NCBI GenBank assembly: GCA_003693705.1
Contig: RBZT01000846.1
Span: 1-64,000, forward strand
Source of the DNA: Polymyxa betae A26-41
Taxonomy: Eukaryota > Protista > Endomyxa: Phytomyxea
Direction: 5' to 3'
DNA length: 64,000 nucleotides
Shown: piece after piece, positions 61,429-64,000 of the stretch
How the letters are laid out: each line of letters starts with the position of its first letter
How positions within the stretch are numbered: position 1 is the stretch's first letter
The notes under the pieces: generated by a model
Told to the model about the DNA's origin: nothing
Databases searched by the model: none
The model's input: the letters and a program-made list of their open reading frames with translations, nothing else
Program-made: the position numbers and the translations under genes

Positions 61429-63100
61429 ATGTGGCAGCCGCCGCCGCCACCGCCAGGACCAGGGCCTCGATCATCGGTGCCACCTCAGATGTATAATCCA
61501 GCTGCTGGCGTTGCCTATGGGCAGCCGCATCCATACGGGGCACCAATGGCGAATCCCGCCATGGCTGGTATGCCTATGGCTCCTGGCATGCCAGCTATAG
61601 ATCCGAACACTGGCGCCTGGATAGAACCATCCCAATATGTACCTGCAAATTTCGATGTAGGTTCCTGATTACTGATTTATTGACTTGTTGCTTGCAGCTA
61701 GATCTGTTTTTGATTTGTTCGACTTCGTTCTGATGAATTTTAGCGATCTTCACTGTTTCGCAATCTGTGCACGTAATATACCGCTCGTGATTCGATCTGT
61801 TAGTAACCAGTTTGATTTTGTAGATGAGTATGTATCAGGAATATCAAATGTACAATGGAATGTATGCATATCCTGAGACTACTGGGGACGATTATGATTC
61901 CGATGACGATGAACTCCCAGTCTCGCATCCAGCATTGAATCGTCTTAATCTGAATGAAAAGACTGCAAAGAAAACCGCTGTCGAGATGGTCTGCGATGCT
62001 CAGTTCAATGTCAATAATGTGCTTGCTACTAACATCCTCAATTCTGATTACTTCCGAGAACTCTTGTGAGCTGTTGAATCTGTCTTTGATGTTGATTCTA
62101 ACACGTAATTAGCGCTTTGAAAACCTTTCACGAAGTCATGCAAGAAGTTCTGAAGAAGGTGACCCATCTAGAAGCATTGACAATCGGTCAGACTCGTCTA
62201 CCCAGTACAGCATTTTGCCTTCTTTACAAATTATTTACATTGAAGTTAACGGTGAAACAGCTCTGCTCGATGCTGTCGGAGAAGAAACCTCCCTTTGTTA
62301 GAGGTCTTGGACTTCTCTATTTGCGATTCGTCCATCCCCCTAAACAGCTATGGCATTGGTTTGCACCGGTACTGAAGGACGCCACCGTTTTCTATCCGTC
62401 TGGTCAATCAGCCCCATCTATGACTTTAGGAGACTTTGCTAAAAAGCTGCTAACCGAGCTGCAATATCCCGGCATCCTTTTGCCCCGGATTCCTGTTCCC
62501 GTTCTGCGCGAATACAAAAAACTTATTCTTACGGGCGCCGACTCCCGTACGGAACCTGTATTCAACGACAACGACAATGAAGAAGAGCTCCCTGAATCGT
62601 CATCAATTGCTCCTGGTTCTTTAGTACGTGCCCAATATTATGACGACGGGAAATACTACGATGCTGTAATCAAGGAGATATTTCCAGGCGGCAAATATCG
62701 TGTGGCTTTTGTCGACTATGACGACGAGGAATCCGAGGTTCGCGGCTCAGCCATTAAACCTATAAGCGAAAGGAAACAAAAAGAAAAAGATCGTAAAAAC
62801 AAAGAGCGCGATATTGAGGAGCAGATTCGCCGGCAAGAAAGAGCGTCAGCGCTTGCGCACGGAAAAGATTATGCTTCGAGACCAGCGAGCTGTAAAGCCA
62901 CCATGTCCATCAACGAGCACAAACGTCGCCGGTCCAGGACCCCTCCACGTCGTGAACGCGAAGTCGTCAAGAAGATCATCAGGCCGCCTTCCCCGGTTCG
63001 TCCGGCCCCGTCTAGCCGTGCAAATCCCGAATTGTCAAAACGCCAGGCCGAACTGCTGGCCAGATACGGCGATGCGAGCGCCAATAAAAAGCCAGCTTGA
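61429..63100 (+). CDS. PRPF38B: Pre-mRNA splicing factor PRP38B-like with an added Tudor domain, 3 exons
   Basis: NILNSDYFRELL..KTFHEV, PSTAFCLLYKLFTLKLTVKQL and VRGLGLLYLRF; Tudor VRAQYYDDGKYYDAVI..YRVAFVDY; RS-like tail. Confidence 0.9.
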
Positions 63101-63400
63101 AACTTGGCTTGGTAAACCGCCTCTGTCGGGTAGTGCGAACCTGAGTCCGTGGTGTGTCTATGTTGGGATCTGTTGGGGTCCATATAGAGGCTATTGAATG
63201 AATGTGCTTTAGGGGTAGTGGGCTGCTCTTAATATTATCATCGGTGAAGTCGGAGCATCGGCCGCCAATCATCTCCTTCAGCAAACCCGTCATCGTTATC
63301 TGATCTTGACGAACCCCCAGCTGGTCACACAGCCGCCATCGCCGTATTCACAGCAGGTTGTTGCGCGGCCGATTTTTGATTGGCGCATCACGCGTCGCCA

Positions 63401-64000
63401 ATGATGAAGAGGCTCTGGGCCGAAGCTTTGGAATTGGTGCGCCAGGGCGGCGCTACGCACGTCCTTCTCAAATACACCGATAGAGCAGGACGCCATCACG
63501 AGGTCCCGGTCTCGATCGGGACCCTCAACGACGACAGTCTTGACACCGGCATCCGTCTCGACAATGGCGACCTGGTGTTCCCGAACCCGACCACGGCGGT
63601 CCTGAACCCGTTCTTGGCACATTGCCCTCTAATCTCCTTCTCCTGCGATCTGCAGCGACGATCGGACGATTTCATGAACTTCAGCCAGTTCGATGTGAAA
63701 GATATCGATGCGTTGACGACATCGGAAATGCTGTCGTTGTTCCCTGAACGTGAAGACGAATTCCGTCAGTCGAATGTCATGACGGGCGACCCTGAGCAGA
63801 AGCTGTCTGTATCGCCGGCGGTCATGATCCCACAGACGCCAGCCCCGGCGTCTCCTAAAGCGCCATCGGCACTCAAGCCGAAGCGAAGCGAATCGACAGC
63901 CTCGACTCCCGGCGAACATCGCGGCACCAGTTGCCATCAATGTAAAAACGCTCGCAGCCTCGAACATCTGGCGTACTGCTCGAAACTGTTTAGCAAGCGC
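63401..64000 (+). CDS. Partial ORF: glutamine synthetase I beta-grasp-like N-terminal domain, linker, start of a zf-4CXXC_R1 (CDCA7-like) zinc finger
   Basis: The frame is open from ATG 63401 to the window end and is absent from the ORF track: LKYTDRAGRHHEVPVS..PNPTTAVLNPF..SCDL, then GTSCHQCK..LAYC. Confidence 0.75.
   Translation, partial: MMKRLWAEALELVRQGGATHVLLKYTDRAGRHHEVPVSIGTLNDDSLDTGIRLDNGDLVFPNPTTAVLNPFLAHCPLISFSCDLQRRSDDFMNFSQFDVKDIDALTTSEMLSLFPEREDEFRQSNVMTGDPEQKLSVSPAVMIPQTPAPASPKAPSALKPKRSESTASTPGEHRGTSCHQCKNARSLEHLAYCSKLFSKR

Noticed and set aside
63296-63967. Minus-strand ORFs listed in the track at the window end
   Set aside because: They are antisense shadows of the plus-strand frame from 63401, which carries recognisable domains.
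1-64000. Alternative genetic code or mass pseudogenisation suggested by fragmented ORFs
   Set aside because: Stops fall inside short GT-AG introns; spliced products of conserved genes are intact and use TAA, TAG and TGA as normal stops.
1-64000. Functional cluster of mitotic and ciliary genes (ASPM, Chibby, NudCD2, RCC2, PFDN2, EFHC1)
   Set aside because: They are interspersed with unrelated housekeeping genes, as expected by chance in a gene-dense genome.
1-64000. tRNA, rRNA, snoRNA or telomeric arrays
   Set aside because: No cloverleaf, rRNA signature, paired C/D boxes or tandem telomeric repeats were recognised by eye; an Infernal or tRNAscan-SE run would be needed to exclude them.

Overview
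Eukaryotic nuclear DNA from a very compact, intron-rich genome. It holds about 30 genes in 64 kb, most introns are 45-60 nt GT-AG, and many intergenic gaps are under 200 nt, so the six-frame ORF track mostly shows exon fragments. Ciliary genes (RIB72/EFHC1, Chibby) imply a flagellated stage. The overall style suggests a plasmodiophorid-like (Phytomyxea) protist, which is an inference. Recognisable genes are ASPM, an ankyrin-TRP channel, LDAH, a SET-domain protein, Chibby, EBP2, PSMG2, an enlarged mitochondrial S18, two tandem ZIP transporters, an ATP synthase i/j-like subunit, CAND1, NudCD2, a PHD protein, RCC2, bestrophin, prefoldin 2, EFHC1, a RING protein and PRP38B-Tudor. The most unusual observations are: (1) an ORF missing from the track that joins a glutamine synthetase I beta-grasp-like domain to a CDCA7-type zinc finger; (2) an ASPM IQ region built from about 8 tandem three-exon modules with invariant 61/124/70-nt exons; (3) a 55-aa secreted cysteine peptide, also missing from the track; (4) a virus-like island with a broken NUMOD4-HNH nuclease, a perfect 15-bp GAA hairpin and repeated 10-mers; (5) a candidate poison exon in the splicing factor PRP38B. 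Exon boundaries were inferred by eye and homologies from recalled motifs; no searches were run.
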